A DNA stretch of 64,000 nucleotides from an uncultured delta proteobacterium (GTDB taxonomy: Bacteria > Desulfobacterota > Binatia > UBA9968): positions 96,001-160,000 of the forward strand of contig CAVXEP010000029.1 of assembly GCA_963760795.1 (NCBI GenBank), in the 5' to 3' direction. The notes beneath the pieces were generated by a model. It made no database searches. It had not been told where the DNA came from and saw only the letters and a list, made by a program, of their open reading frames with translations. Positions within the stretch are counted from its first letter, which is position 1, and every line of letters starts with the position of its first letter. The position numbers and the translations under genes are program-made. Below are positions 50,376 to 60,161 of this stretch, piece by piece.

Positions 50376-52085
50376 TTAATGAACGCCCAATGTATAGCCC
50401 GATTTTCTCACCGCAACTGCCAAAAGAGTCCCTAGCCCGACAAGAATAGTGCCGACCACCGACGCGGCGGAGTAGTCCTCTGCCATCAAATATCCCAGCT
50501 GAAGCACCGAAAGCGGCTCGCTCTCACCGGTGGTTAGAAGCACGATACTGCCAACCTGGCGGCTCACCGAACCAAAGATCATGACCGCGACCACGGCTGC
50601 GGTGGGCAACATCAAAGGCACCAGGATATGGCGCAAGGTAAACCAGAAAGAGCCGCCATTGACGCGCCCCGCCTCTTCCAGGTCGGCGCCGAGCTGGAGA
50701 AACGAACTCTTGAGCATCTGCACGGAAAAAGTCATGACCGTTAATGCCAAGATGAGCACCAGAAATACGCGGCTGCCATAAAAGAATTGCGCCAGCGAAC
50801 TATGCAGCGAGAAAAACATGTAACCCAAGCTGAGCACGATGCCGGGGATCATGAACGGCAGCCAGGTGACCAGATCGAAGGCCCAGCGCAGCGCGTATTG
50901 CGTGCGGGCGATCACGTAAGCCAGCAGGCCGAAGGTGACAATCGCGACCGCCATGGTGGCGCCGCCGAGCGTGACCGTGTTCTTCAGCGCTTTGAGAAAG
51001 CCCGTGTCACCGAGCACCGTGCCCCAATGGCGCAGCGACCAGAGCCGCTCCAGCTCGAAATGGCCGAATAAATTCATCACGCTGCCGGTAACGAGGAAGG
51101 TCAGCGGGATGATCGTCGCCAGACTCGCGACGGCGAACACACCCACAGCGACGGGCCAACGCCACTTGCCGAGCTCGAAGAGCGTCGACTTGAAGCGGCC
51201 GGTAACGGTCGTGTAGCGGTTACGCTGGCTTACCCATTGCTGCAGGATCACGAGCGGCAGAATGATGACGAGAATGAACATGCTCAACGCCGTGGCGCCG
51301 CCATAGTTCATGGGCGTTTGATGGATCAACGAATAGATCTTGGTGCTGTAAACCGAAAAGCGAAACGGTGTGCCGAGCACCAACTCGATTTCGAATGATT
51401 CAAAAGAACGGATCAACGACATCAGCGATGCCACCAGGATCATCGGCGCGCTCGCTGGCACGACGATGCGAAATAGGGTCTTCAGCGCGCCGGCGCCCGA
51501 CATGCGCGCTGCTTCTTCGAGGCTCGCATCCATGTTGCGAAAAGCCGCGGCCATCATCATGACTTTGGTGGATATACTGAGAGAGGTCAGATGGGTAAAA
51601 ACAATGCCGCCGAGGGAATAAATACTCGCCGGCGCGTCGGTGAATAGGCCGGTGCGGATTAGAAGCTGATTGCCGAGTCCGAATTTCGGATCCCAAACCA
51701 AAATCCATCCTGAAGTGACGGCCAGAGTCGGGATGAAAAAAGTGATCCAGAAAAGCAGTTCAGCAAAGTGTGCACCGGGCATGTCGGTGCGCGCCACGAC
51801 CCAGGCGATCAAAATGGCAATCGGAATGGAAATAACTTGCACCAGAACGGTTACGACGACCGTGTTCAGCAGCGCCTTGGCGATGCCGGGCTCGTTAAAT
51901 GCCGCGAGCCAGGGCGCAAAGCTCACGCCGCCGCCGTCGCTTTGCAAACTCGACATGAGCAAAAGATAGATCGGCGAGAGAACCGATGACGCCAAAAGGA
52001 CCAGCAGCACGGTCAGGAGCAGGGAGCGCGGCTCGAACCAAAAAGACTCGCGCAGGCGATCCGGTGAGACTGTTGCGGAGGTCAT
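50376..52085 (-). CDS. ABC transporter permease (FbpB-like, duplicated TM domain)
   Basis: Two EAA loops (DASLEEAARMSGA, DLEEAGRVNGG) and many TM segments. Confidence 0.9.
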   Translation of the reverse strand: MTSATVSPDRLRESFWFEPRSLLLTVLLVLLASSVLSPIYLLLMSSLQSDGGGVSFAPWLAAFNEPGIAKALLNTVVVTVLVQVISIPIAILIAWVVARTDMPGAHFAELLFWITFFIPTLAVTSGWILVWDPKFGLGNQLLIRTGLFTDAPASIYSLGGIVFTHLTSLSISTKVMMMAAAFRNMDASLEEAARMSGAGALKTLFRIVVPASAPMILVASLMSLIRSFESFEIELVLGTPFRFSVYSTKIYSLIHQTPMNYGGATALSMFILVIILPLVILQQWVSQRNRYTTVTGRFKSTLFELGKWRWPVAVGVFAVASLATIIPLTFLVTGSVMNLFGHFELERLWSLRHWGTVLGDTGFLKALKNTVTLGGATMAVAIVTFGLLAYVIARTQYALRWAFDLVTWLPFMIPGIVLSLGYMFFSLHSSLAQFFYGSRVFLVLILALTVMTFSVQMLKSSFLQLGADLEEAGRVNGGSFWFTLRHILVPLMLPTAAVVAVMIFGSVSRQVGSIVLLTTGESEPLSVLQLGYLMAEDYSAASVVGTILVGLGTLLAVAVRKSGYTLGVH

Positions 52086-52243
52086 CGGCAGTTCAAGGTT
52101 CTACGTCAGAACCGTGGCTCTGGAGCTTGGACGAATTCGCCGGGTTGCACCTCGATCGCCGCAGCGTTGTAAGCATTGCTCGCCGTATTAACAAGTGGGA
52201 CAAAGAATGTTTCCTTTCGTGGCTCGCCGGGCGTGGAATTTAA

Positions 52244-53545
52244 CTAGAACGCTTCTCGCAGTGTATTGAAAGGCGCGCTGTCCATTGAAGCAGCTGTTTC
52301 TTTGCCATTGGACTTCTGACCCGTCATATGGCCGCGCGCATTGCGGGTGGCGAATTTACGCCAGTAGATCACGTCTTGATCCAGGGGCGACAGGTGTTCC
52401 GGTCCAAAGGTCGCATTGCGTAGCACGCGGTGATCCTGGCCAATAAACATGCGGTCATGGGTGATGCTAAAAATCTTATAATAAAGTTTCCACGCCAACT
52501 TATCGAAGCCTTCAAAATTACCGGTGAGGGCGCACATGTTGTAAAGATGATAGCGGTCGATGGGGATGATGAACTGGGTAAAGTACATGGACTTGTGCAC
52601 CGTGTGGACATAGCAGGGGAGCACATGGAGAAACGAGCCAGCCGCGATGTTGGGGATGAAATTCGTTTTTGGTTTGGTCTTGGGCGAACGGATGCGCCAC
52701 CAATTATTGACCGGAAATTTTCCTAAACCGGGAAAATCCATCTGATAGACCAGTCCGTCGGTGTTCTTGGCGCGCACATGGGAGGCTTCGAGGATCTTGT
52801 GGTCGTGCTCGACGAAGTTAAAATTGGGCTTGCCGTCGACCACCCGGTACTGGAGCCGGCGCAGCGCAAACTGCGGCGAAAGCCGATGCAAATAGGGTGC
52901 GTGCAGGCCGTCGATGAAGTTGTCGAAAAGAAAAGCCCAATTCGTCGTCCAAACTTTGGTGAAATGGATCAAGCTGGTCACGCCCGGCACTTGCATCGCC
53001 ACCGGCAGGTCTTCCTCGACCGCAACCGGCTCCATATCACCGATCCAAACCCAGATCATGTCGAGCCGTTCTTCAACCGGATAGCTTTTGGTCTGGACCT
53101 TCCCGGTCATCATCGAGTTCGGCCCTTCTTGAATGCAGGCGCGCAGTTGCCCTTGGCCGTCAAAGGTCCAACCATGATATGGGCAACTGAGAGTTCCCGA
53201 GCCGGGAAAACGGATATGGCCGTTTGACAGGCTTGCGCCGCGGTGGGGACAGCGGTTGGCGATGCCATGCACTTTGCCGCCGTCGCGCCAAAAAGCGATG
53301 TCTTCGCCGAGCAAGCGGCGCCGAAGGGGTCGGTTTTTTAGCTCCGTCGCCAGCATCACCGGATACCAATAGTTGCGAAATCCTTGCTCGGGCATGTTCC
53401 AGCGGGCTAGATGCGCGCGCGCTTCTTCCGGCAGCTGGGGCTCCGAACCGATACCATGAATTTCCCGCTCGAAAAACTCTTCGTGGCTGCGTTCCTGAGT
53501 GAACAGCGTCGTCAGTTCGTTCTTATAGAGTCGTCGCAGTTTCAT
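52244..53545 (-). CDS. Rieske oxygenase alpha subunit (CarAa/OxoO-related)
   Basis: GFRNYWYPV, CPHR...CPYHGW, NW....DN..D..H..YLH and F.GQD; start uncertain. Confidence 0.85.
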   Translation of the reverse strand: MKLRRLYKNELTTLFTQERSHEEFFEREIHGIGSEPQLPEEARAHLARWNMPEQGFRNYWYPVMLATELKNRPLRRRLLGEDIAFWRDGGKVHGIANRCPHRGASLSNGHIRFPGSGTLSCPYHGWTFDGQGQLRACIQEGPNSMMTGKVQTKSYPVEERLDMIWVWIGDMEPVAVEEDLPVAMQVPGVTSLIHFTKVWTTNWAFLFDNFIDGLHAPYLHRLSPQFALRRLQYRVVDGKPNFNFVEHDHKILEASHVRAKNTDGLVYQMDFPGLGKFPVNNWWRIRSPKTKPKTNFIPNIAAGSFLHVLPCYVHTVHKSMYFTQFIIPIDRYHLYNMCALTGNFEGFDKLAWKLYYKIFSITHDRMFIGQDHRVLRNATFGPEHLSPLDQDVIYWRKFATRNARGHMTGQKSNGKETAASMDSAPFNTLREAF

Positions 53546-54662
53546 GAGAACGATCTCCTTTGTCCGTGGAAAGCACCACACATTTGTCGGGCGCCAACTG
53601 AAGCTGTACGATATCGCTGGAAGAATAGGCCTTGCCGTTTAGCGCGGCGCGGACGCGCAGCTCGACACCGCTTACGTCGACGGTGTAGTCGCCCATTCCC
53701 TGCCAAGCGCTTTGCTCCTTGATTCGCCCTGCGATGATATTCTCGCCGACGGCAGCCGCTCCGGGCGTTAGCATGATGTTTTCCGGGCGCACTGAGACGA
53801 GCACCTTGGTTCCTCCGGCAAAAGCGCCGGAAAAGCTGCATTGGAGGAGTCCGAGATCGGTTTCGACAGTTTGCACGGCCGGTCCATGGACCGGCCGGCG
53901 CAGCATGCCGTTGATCAAATTGGTCGAGCCCATGAAGTCGGCGACAAACTGGCTGGTGGGCCGTTCGTAAACCTCGCCCGGCTTGCCGATCTGCAGAATG
54001 CGCCCGCTGCTCATGACGGCGACGCGGTCGGACATCTGGATGCTTTCAAGCTGATCATGGGTCACATAAAGCGTCGTGATGCCGAGCTCGCGCTGGAGCC
54101 GCTTCAGTTCCGAGCGCATGCGCTCGCGCAGTTTGGCATCGAGATTACTGAGCGGTTCATCTAGCAGAAGCAGGTCCGGTTCCTTGACCAGTGCGCGCGC
54201 CAATGCAACACGCTGTTGTTGACCGCCGCTTAACTGTGTCGCCGGCCGATCGGCAAGGCCGGCCAAGCCGACTAGCTCCAAGGCCCATCCGACTTTGTCG
54301 GCAATCGTCTTAGCATCGCGCCGGCCGGACGCGCGCAGGGGAAAGGCGACATTGTCGAACACATTCAAGTGCGGCCAGATCGCGTAGGACTGAAACACCA
54401 TGCCGATGTTGCGGTGGTTCGGATCGACATGGATTCTGTTTGCCGAATCGAAGACAGTCTTACCGCGTAAGGTGATCTTGCCCCGTTGTGGCCGCTCCAA
54501 TCCGGCTACGCATCGTAAAGTGGTAGATTTGCCGCAACCGGAGGGACCGAGCAGCGTAAAAAACTCGCCGGACTCGACGGTGAAGCTGACATCGTCGATG
54601 GCATTCACCGAGGCCGCACCGCGCACGGTGAACTGTTTCACGAGGTTCTGGACTTCGAACAT
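53523..54662 (-). CDS. ABC transporter ATP-binding protein (PotA/FbpC-like)
   Basis: [34 protein letters not shown] and TOBE tail. Confidence 0.95.
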   Translation of the reverse strand: MFEVQNLVKQFTVRGAASVNAIDDVSFTVESGEFFTLLGPSGCGKSTTLRCVAGLERPQRGKITLRGKTVFDSANRIHVDPNHRNIGMVFQSYAIWPHLNVFDNVAFPLRASGRRDAKTIADKVGWALELVGLAGLADRPATQLSGGQQQRVALARALVKEPDLLLLDEPLSNLDAKLRERMRSELKRLQRELGITTLYVTHDQLESIQMSDRVAVMSSGRILQIGKPGEVYERPTSQFVADFMGSTNLINGMLRRPVHGPAVQTVETDLGLLQCSFSGAFAGGTKVLVSVRPENIMLTPGAAAVGENIIAGRIKEQSAWQGMGDYTVDVSGVELRVRAALNGKAYSSSDIVQLQLAPDKCVVLSTDKGDRSHETATTL

Positions 54663-54691
54663 GAGGCATCAATCATGAAAAATGAACGGAG

Positions 54692-55789
54692 CTAGGGGAT
54701 GAGTTCCCGCAGAATCTTTTGCGCCGGCGCGAGAAACTTGGTCATGGCTTCTTCTTTGTGTGCATAGAGATATTTAATGCCAGGTTTCGGCGCGTCCTCG
54801 GGATTGATCACTGGCACGTCCGTGCGCGCGCTGGGTTCGCCGCGCGCCTCGGAAACAAGTTTTTGACCGTCACGGGAAAGCAGCCAGTTGATAAACACCT
54901 TGGTCGCGTTTGGATTGGGCGGGTTCTTGAAAATGGCGGGGCATGAACCGTTGGTTCCGGCGCGCGCCAGTTCAGGAACGAAGAGATCTGCGATATTCAG
55001 TTTGACGCCGGCATCTTTGAATCTCTGTTGCGAGTCGGGGCTGACGCTGGTGAGCGAGATCGGACGAGTCTTGCGCACCACCTGTTCCGCGACTTCGACG
55101 TTGCCTTTCATGAGCAGCACATCTTGATCGACGAAAAGTTTTTTCAAGCCGTCCCGGCCATAACGTTGAAATACCGCGGCGGCTAGCGATTCGCCAGCGC
55201 CACCGACCCGAGGATCGACCGAGACGAGTTTACCTTTGAGCGCCGGATTGAGTAGGTCGTCAAAGGACTTGATCTTCGGATCGGCAAGCGCATCTCTGTT
55301 ATAGGATCCGGTGGAGATGGTGTAGAACATGCCGAAAATATGTTTCTGCTCGACGTCGAGAAAGCGATCTTTGATGCCGCCGATCCAGGCGGAATCATTG
55401 AGCACCTCCGGCAAGGTCATATAGTCCCACATGGACTCCAGACCGCCCTTATTCTTCAAATCGAAAATCTCCGCGCCGGGGCCGAAGGTGTAAACATCCC
55501 AAAGGAACATTTTTGCGCTCTGCTCCTTGGCCACCCGCAGGGGGAATGCCGGCAAAGCGGCTGCGGTAATTTCGAGTGTGATGCCGGGGTAGCTGTCTTC
55601 GAAGCCTTTTTTAAAAGCCATGGCGAATTCGCGGCGCGGCGGGCAGGCGCATTTGACGACACCCTCGCGCTTGGCTGCCTCCACAGTCGCCTTCCAATCT
55701 GCAGCGGGTTTGGATTGGCCGAAAATGGGCAAGCTATAAAGCGTGAAAAACAAGATCGCGGTTAGTTCGAACGCAAATAGTTTCTTCAT
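54692..55789 (-). CDS. ABC transporter solute-binding protein
   Basis: Signal peptide, WKATVEAAKREG, DPRVGGAG and PPNPNATKVFINWLLSRDGQ. Confidence 0.87.
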   Translation of the reverse strand: MKKLFAFELTAILFFTLYSLPIFGQSKPAADWKATVEAAKREGVVKCACPPRREFAMAFKKGFEDSYPGITLEITAAALPAFPLRVAKEQSAKMFLWDVYTFGPGAEIFDLKNKGGLESMWDYMTLPEVLNDSAWIGGIKDRFLDVEQKHIFGMFYTISTGSYNRDALADPKIKSFDDLLNPALKGKLVSVDPRVGGAGESLAAAVFQRYGRDGLKKLFVDQDVLLMKGNVEVAEQVVRKTRPISLTSVSPDSQQRFKDAGVKLNIADLFVPELARAGTNGSCPAIFKNPPNPNATKVFINWLLSRDGQKLVSEARGEPSARTDVPVINPEDAPKPGIKYLYAHKEEAMTKFLAPAQKILRELIP

Positions 55790-55899
55790 CTCTGCCTCCT
55801 AACCTCGTAGTGGCCCGCTAGGGCTGAGCGTTCTTGACCCTAATCGCATAGTGTCCGCTATCCGAGTCCCGGTCTCGCGATACGAAACGCGGTACCGAC

Positions 55900-55929
55900 A
55901 TCCTATTTTGACTATCTCTTCTTTGTCAA
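55900..55929 (-). promoter_or_regulatory. Putative sigma70 promoter of the long leftward operon
   Basis: TTGACA-N18-TAGGAT on the minus strand, overlapped by a TTGAC-N12-GTCAA inverted repeat. Confidence 0.55.
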
Positions 55930-56131
55930 GGATTGCGCTTCATCGCACCCCTGACGCGACGGTTGCGGCGAATTTTCATTTACACGGGATCCCTGTACTG
56001 AGGTTTTGCTTGACACCATAAAATTTCTTCTAGTATGGGAAGTAGCGAGACTCGATCCTGTGATTCGCGACCGGCCGATACGCTGGACTCATGATCCGGC
56101 CTGGGGGCGCGCGCATCCATCGATTGTGAAG

Positions 56132-57844
56132 ATGCGACAAAAAATTTCACCTGCAGGGCCGGCTCGATCCGGTGGCGAGCTGGCGCTCGGGGTCTGCGCA
56201 CTCGCATTTGTTGCGCTCTTTGCCGCCACCCCCGTAGCTTTTGTCATCGTCAATAGCTTCAATATGGCTTCGCCGGGCCATCCTTTTCTTCCGGCACTCG
56301 ACGGATGGCGCCAAGCGTTTGCCGACGAAAAGACGCTCGGCGCCATCGGTTACAGTTTTCTACTTTCGATTCGGGTAGTGATCGGAATTGCGATCGCTTT
56401 TGCGCTGGCGTGGCTGCTGGTGCGAGTACGCATCCCCGGCCGCTCGACAATTGAATTCTTTCTTTGGCTCGCCTTCTTTCTGCCCACGCTGCCGCTCACG
56501 CTGGGTTGGATACTGCTATTGGATCCAAATTACGGGCTGATCAATCAAGCCTTGCGTTGGCTGCCTTTCGTTCACCAGTCGCCTTTCAGTATTTACTCGG
56601 CGGCCGGGATTATCTGGGTTCATTTGACGCTGACGACGGTGCCGGTGATGACGATTTTACTGATGCCGGCGCTCCGTCAATTCGATGCCGCGATCGAGGA
56701 GTCGTCGCTGGTCTGTGGCGCCGGGCCGTTGGCCACGTTACGGCGCATCACTTACCCCTTGCTCTCGCCGACGATTCTCACCGTTGTCATCGCCGGCTTG
56801 ATACGCAGCCTCGAGGCCTTCGAAATCGAGCAGCTGCTTGGCACGCCGGCGGGAATCAGCGTCTACTCGACGAGGATTTATGAACTGGTGTCCTGGGAGC
56901 CGCCACGTTTCCCGGGGGCCATGGCGCTCAGTACGTTTTTTCTCGGTGTGTTGCTGCTCTTGGCGCTATTCTATCAGCGCTATACGGAGAAAAGAGAATT
57001 CGTAACTATGACCGGCCGCGGTCTTTCGTTGCGTCCGTTGATGGTCGGAAGTTGGCGCTATGCGGTGTCTAGTCTCTGCTGCGCTGGCCTGGTCATTGGC
57101 ATCCTACTGCCCATGGCGATGCTCGTCATCGGCTCGTTCATGCGCCTTTACGGTTTTTTCGGGGTGAAATCGCCGTTGACCATGCACCACTGGTTGACGG
57201 CGTTTAGGGATCCGCTATTTCTCGGTTCGCTTAAGAATACCTTGATAATCGGTTTCGGCGTAGCCAGTGCCGGTGTGGCGATTTACGCGCTGCTAGCCTA
57301 CTCGATCGTCCGGTTGCGCGTGCCATTCAGCGCGACAATTGGATTGCTCGCCTGGTTGCCTTGGGCCGTTCCCGGTATTCTTCTCGGTGTCGCGCTTTTG
57401 TGGTTGCTGTTGTCGATTCCGGGTGCGTCGTTGTTTTACGGCACCATGCTGCCGCTGATTATGGTGTTGGTGATCAAAGAGATGCCGATCGGGACCCACA
57501 TGATGAAGGCTGCCTTCGGGCAGGTGTCACAGGACTTGGAAGATGCGTCGCTGGTCTGCGGTGCCAGCCGTTTCACGACGATTCGGCGAATCGCGCTACC
57601 CATGATCGTGCCGACGCTGGTGAGCATCTTTGCCATCGTCTTCGTTTCCGCCATACGGGATATCAGCACGATCATTCTATTGATCACGGCGCGCAACCGC
57701 TCGTTAGCCGTGTTAATGATGGAATATTCCCGCGGCGGCCAGCTAGAAGTCGCCTCGATCATCGGCGTCATCATCGCCGTGGTGGCGATCGCCGCGGCGA
57801 TCGTCGCGCGCCGGCTAGGATTGACAGCGGGCGTGGCTGCGTAG
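56132..57844 (+). CDS. ABC transporter permease (FbpB-like)
   Basis: Two EAA loops (DAAIEESSLVCGA, DLEDASLVCGA); paralogue of 50376..52085; start approximate. Confidence 0.88.
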   Translation: MRQKISPAGPARSGGELALGVCALAFVALFAATPVAFVIVNSFNMASPGHPFLPALDGWRQAFADEKTLGAIGYSFLLSIRVVIGIAIAFALAWLLVRVRIPGRSTIEFFLWLAFFLPTLPLTLGWILLLDPNYGLINQALRWLPFVHQSPFSIYSAAGIIWVHLTLTTVPVMTILLMPALRQFDAAIEESSLVCGAGPLATLRRITYPLLSPTILTVVIAGLIRSLEAFEIEQLLGTPAGISVYSTRIYELVSWEPPRFPGAMALSTFFLGVLLLLALFYQRYTEKREFVTMTGRGLSLRPLMVGSWRYAVSSLCCAGLVIGILLPMAMLVIGSFMRLYGFFGVKSPLTMHHWLTAFRDPLFLGSLKNTLIIGFGVASAGVAIYALLAYSIVRLRVPFSATIGLLAWLPWAVPGILLGVALLWLLLSIPGASLFYGTMLPLIMVLVIKEMPIGTHMMKAAFGQVSQDLEDASLVCGASRFTTIRRIALPMIVPTLVSIFAIVFVSAIRDISTIILLITARNRSLAVLMMEYSRGGQLEVASIIGVIIAVVAIAAAIVARRLGLTAGVAA

Positions 57845-57941
57845 GAAAGTTAGTTGAGCGCGGCTTCAACCGGTATTAGGGGAATGTTTCCGGTCAATCT
57901 CAGTGGGCGGACATTCCGATATTCGAATCGCGGGAGGAACG

Positions 57942-58775
57942 ATGTCTGTAGCGCATGAACCCGAGGGCAAGTACATCGACGCGAAGGATCTCAGGCTCCA
58001 CTATCACGAGTTCGGTGGTGGATTCCCGGTTATTTGTATTCACGGCGCCGGACCAGGTGCGTCAGGGTGGAGCAACTTCAAAGGCAACATCGATGCCTTC
58101 GCGCCACACTATCGGGTAATTCTTTTCGACATGCCTCAGTTCGGCAGGTCGTCAAAGCCGATCATCAAAGATCAGCGTCTGGCTTATACAGCCGATATCC
58201 TCGACGCGTTTATGGCTAAGTTAGGCATCGAAAAAGCACACTTTATCGGCAATTCCATGGGTGGCCAGGCGGCACTTAAGCTCGCTGTCGATCATCCCGC
58301 GCGGGTCGATAAGTTAGTCGTTATCGGTAGCGGCGTGATCAAAGCCGGCAGCATATTCCAACCGATGCCTTTGGAGGGCATCCGCAACATCGCCAATTAT
58401 TATAAGGACAGCGGTCCGAGCGTGGCAAAAATGCGCCAGTTGTTGGAAAGCCTGGTGTCGAACAAATCGCTGGTGACCGATGAGCTGGTGCAGGAACGCT
58501 TCGAAGCGAGCATCGATCCCGAGCTGATCGCGCTGGCGAAACATGGCGCGCCGGGCACCGAGGATCTTTATTTCGATTTGCTCAAGGTGAAAGCCAAAAC
58601 GCTGATCGTCTGGGGTCAGGACGATCGCGCCGGCGCGCTCGATGTCGGCCTCTTTATGCTGCGCCGTCTCGCCGATGCGCGCCTGCATATATTTCCACGC
58701 TGCGGCCACTGGGCGCACGTGGAGCATCGCGACGAGTTCAATCATGAAGTGCTGAATTTTTTTCGCAACGCGTGA
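57942..58775 (+). CDS. Meta-cleavage-product C-C hydrolase (BphD/HsaD/MhpC-like)
   Basis: HGAGPGASGWSNF, GNSMGG, WGQDDR and CGHWA..E; GGAGG RBS. Confidence 0.9.
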   Translation: MSVAHEPEGKYIDAKDLRLHYHEFGGGFPVICIHGAGPGASGWSNFKGNIDAFAPHYRVILFDMPQFGRSSKPIIKDQRLAYTADILDAFMAKLGIEKAHFIGNSMGGQAALKLAVDHPARVDKLVVIGSGVIKAGSIFQPMPLEGIRNIANYYKDSGPSVAKMRQLLESLVSNKSLVTDELVQERFEASIDPELIALAKHGAPGTEDLYFDLLKVKAKTLIVWGQDDRAGALDVGLFMLRRLADARLHIFPRCGHWAHVEHRDEFNHEVLNFFRNA

Positions 58776-58787
58776 AGCGCCGCAACC

Positions 58788-60161
58788 ATGGCCATCGATG
58801 ATTCTGTTGAAGTAGCTGCCGCACCACTGGCGCTCGGCAAAGAGCGGCAGCAGTGGCTCATACGCGCGTGGGACGCCATCGACGAGAATAAGCTCGGCGA
58901 GCTCAACCGCATGATGGCGAGCATTCCGAGCCCGACGGGCGAAGAGCGGCAGCTAGCGCAGATGTTAGTCGGCGTGATGAATGGCAGTGGAATCGACGGT
59001 TTCTACCAACCGATGGATGACGATCAAGGCAACGCCGTCGGTCGCTTGCCGGGAACTGGAACCGGTGCGGATCTCTTGCTCTACGCGCCCTTGGATACGG
59101 CATTTTCCAACAACGAGGAAGAGGAATGTCCGTGGATCGGCGAACGCTTGCCGGTCGAGATGACCGCAATGGCGCTGCTGCGCGATGGCGATGTCGTCGG
59201 CAATGGCGCGGAAAATCCTAAGGGCTATGCAGCCTGCGTAATTGCCGCGGCACAAGCAATAAGAGCGGTCGGTGTACCGCTCAAAGGTTCGCTCATGGTC
59301 GGCTTGGGCTCAGGGGGGATGCCGACCAACCGGCGGCCCAATTTTAAAAATTTCAATGCCGGTCAAGGCGCCGGCTGCGCCTTTATGTTGGCACAGGGGA
59401 TACGCGGCGATTTTGCGATCATCGCTAAACCGGGATGGTCGGTGGCTTGGGAGGAGGTCGGGTTGTGTTGGTTCAAAGTCATTGTCCGCGGCGATTTGAA
59501 TTACACCGGCGTACGCCATGTCGTCAAAGGCCGAAATCCCATTGTTCACGCCGCCAGGGTGATCGGTTTGCTCGAGGAGTGGTTTACCGAGTACACGGAG
59601 AAGAATACTTCTGGACTGGTGGCGCCGCAGGGTTCGATTAATGCCATCCAAGCGGGTTGGACCCACAAGCCGGCGTTTGTCCCGGCGGCTTGTCATTTTT
59701 ATGTCGATCTGAGGATCAGCCCGCGCGTCAGTCCGCAGGAAGCGAAGCGGCAATTCGGCGAAGCCATTGAACACATCGTCAAGGCAAGTCCTGACTTGTC
59801 CGTCGACTGGGAGATGATTCTCAGCATCCCAGGGAGCTATACCGATCCCCAGAACTGGATCGTTCAATCCTGCACGCGGGCGTGGGAGTTTGTCGAAAAC
59901 AAAAAGCATCTGCCGCGCACCAAAACTAGCGGCGCCACCGATGCCAATATCTTGCGCGCCGCGGGAATTCCCACCGCGCGTCTCGGCATGCCGCGCGTGA
60001 CCAATGCCAAACAAAGTGAGCGCAGCCGATTTTCCATGGAGACCTGCAACGTCGGTGCGATGAAAGAACTTACTAAAGCTTTAATCTATGCCGCCATCGA
60101 TACCTGCACTCGCGAGAGAGGCGAAATCATCCGATCTTCGATGGACAAGGCCACGCTATGA
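58788..60161 (+). CDS. M20 (ArgE/DapE)-fold protein lacking canonical metal ligands
   Basis: IPSPTGEE, GNAVG...G...G..LLL, LKG.L, G.....V.V.G, I.AG.....VP..C...VD.R and GATDA..L...GIP. Confidence 0.78.
   Translation: MAIDDSVEVAAAPLALGKERQQWLIRAWDAIDENKLGELNRMMASIPSPTGEERQLAQMLVGVMNGSGIDGFYQPMDDDQGNAVGRLPGTGTGADLLLYAPLDTAFSNNEEEECPWIGERLPVEMTAMALLRDGDVVGNGAENPKGYAACVIAAAQAIRAVGVPLKGSLMVGLGSGGMPTNRRPNFKNFNAGQGAGCAFMLAQGIRGDFAIIAKPGWSVAWEEVGLCWFKVIVRGDLNYTGVRHVVKGRNPIVHAARVIGLLEEWFTEYTEKNTSGLVAPQGSINAIQAGWTHKPAFVPAACHFYVDLRISPRVSPQEAKRQFGEAIEHIVKASPDLSVDWEMILSIPGSYTDPQNWIVQSCTRAWEFVENKKHLPRTKTSGATDANILRAAGIPTARLGMPRVTNAKQSERSRFSMETCNVGAMKELTKALIYAAIDTCTRERGEIIRSSMDKATL

Noticed and set aside
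59310-60014. Long antisense ORFs here and elsewhere (e.g. 35533..36282, 38097..38828)
   Set aside because: Expected codon-bias shadows of GC-rich genes on the opposite strand.
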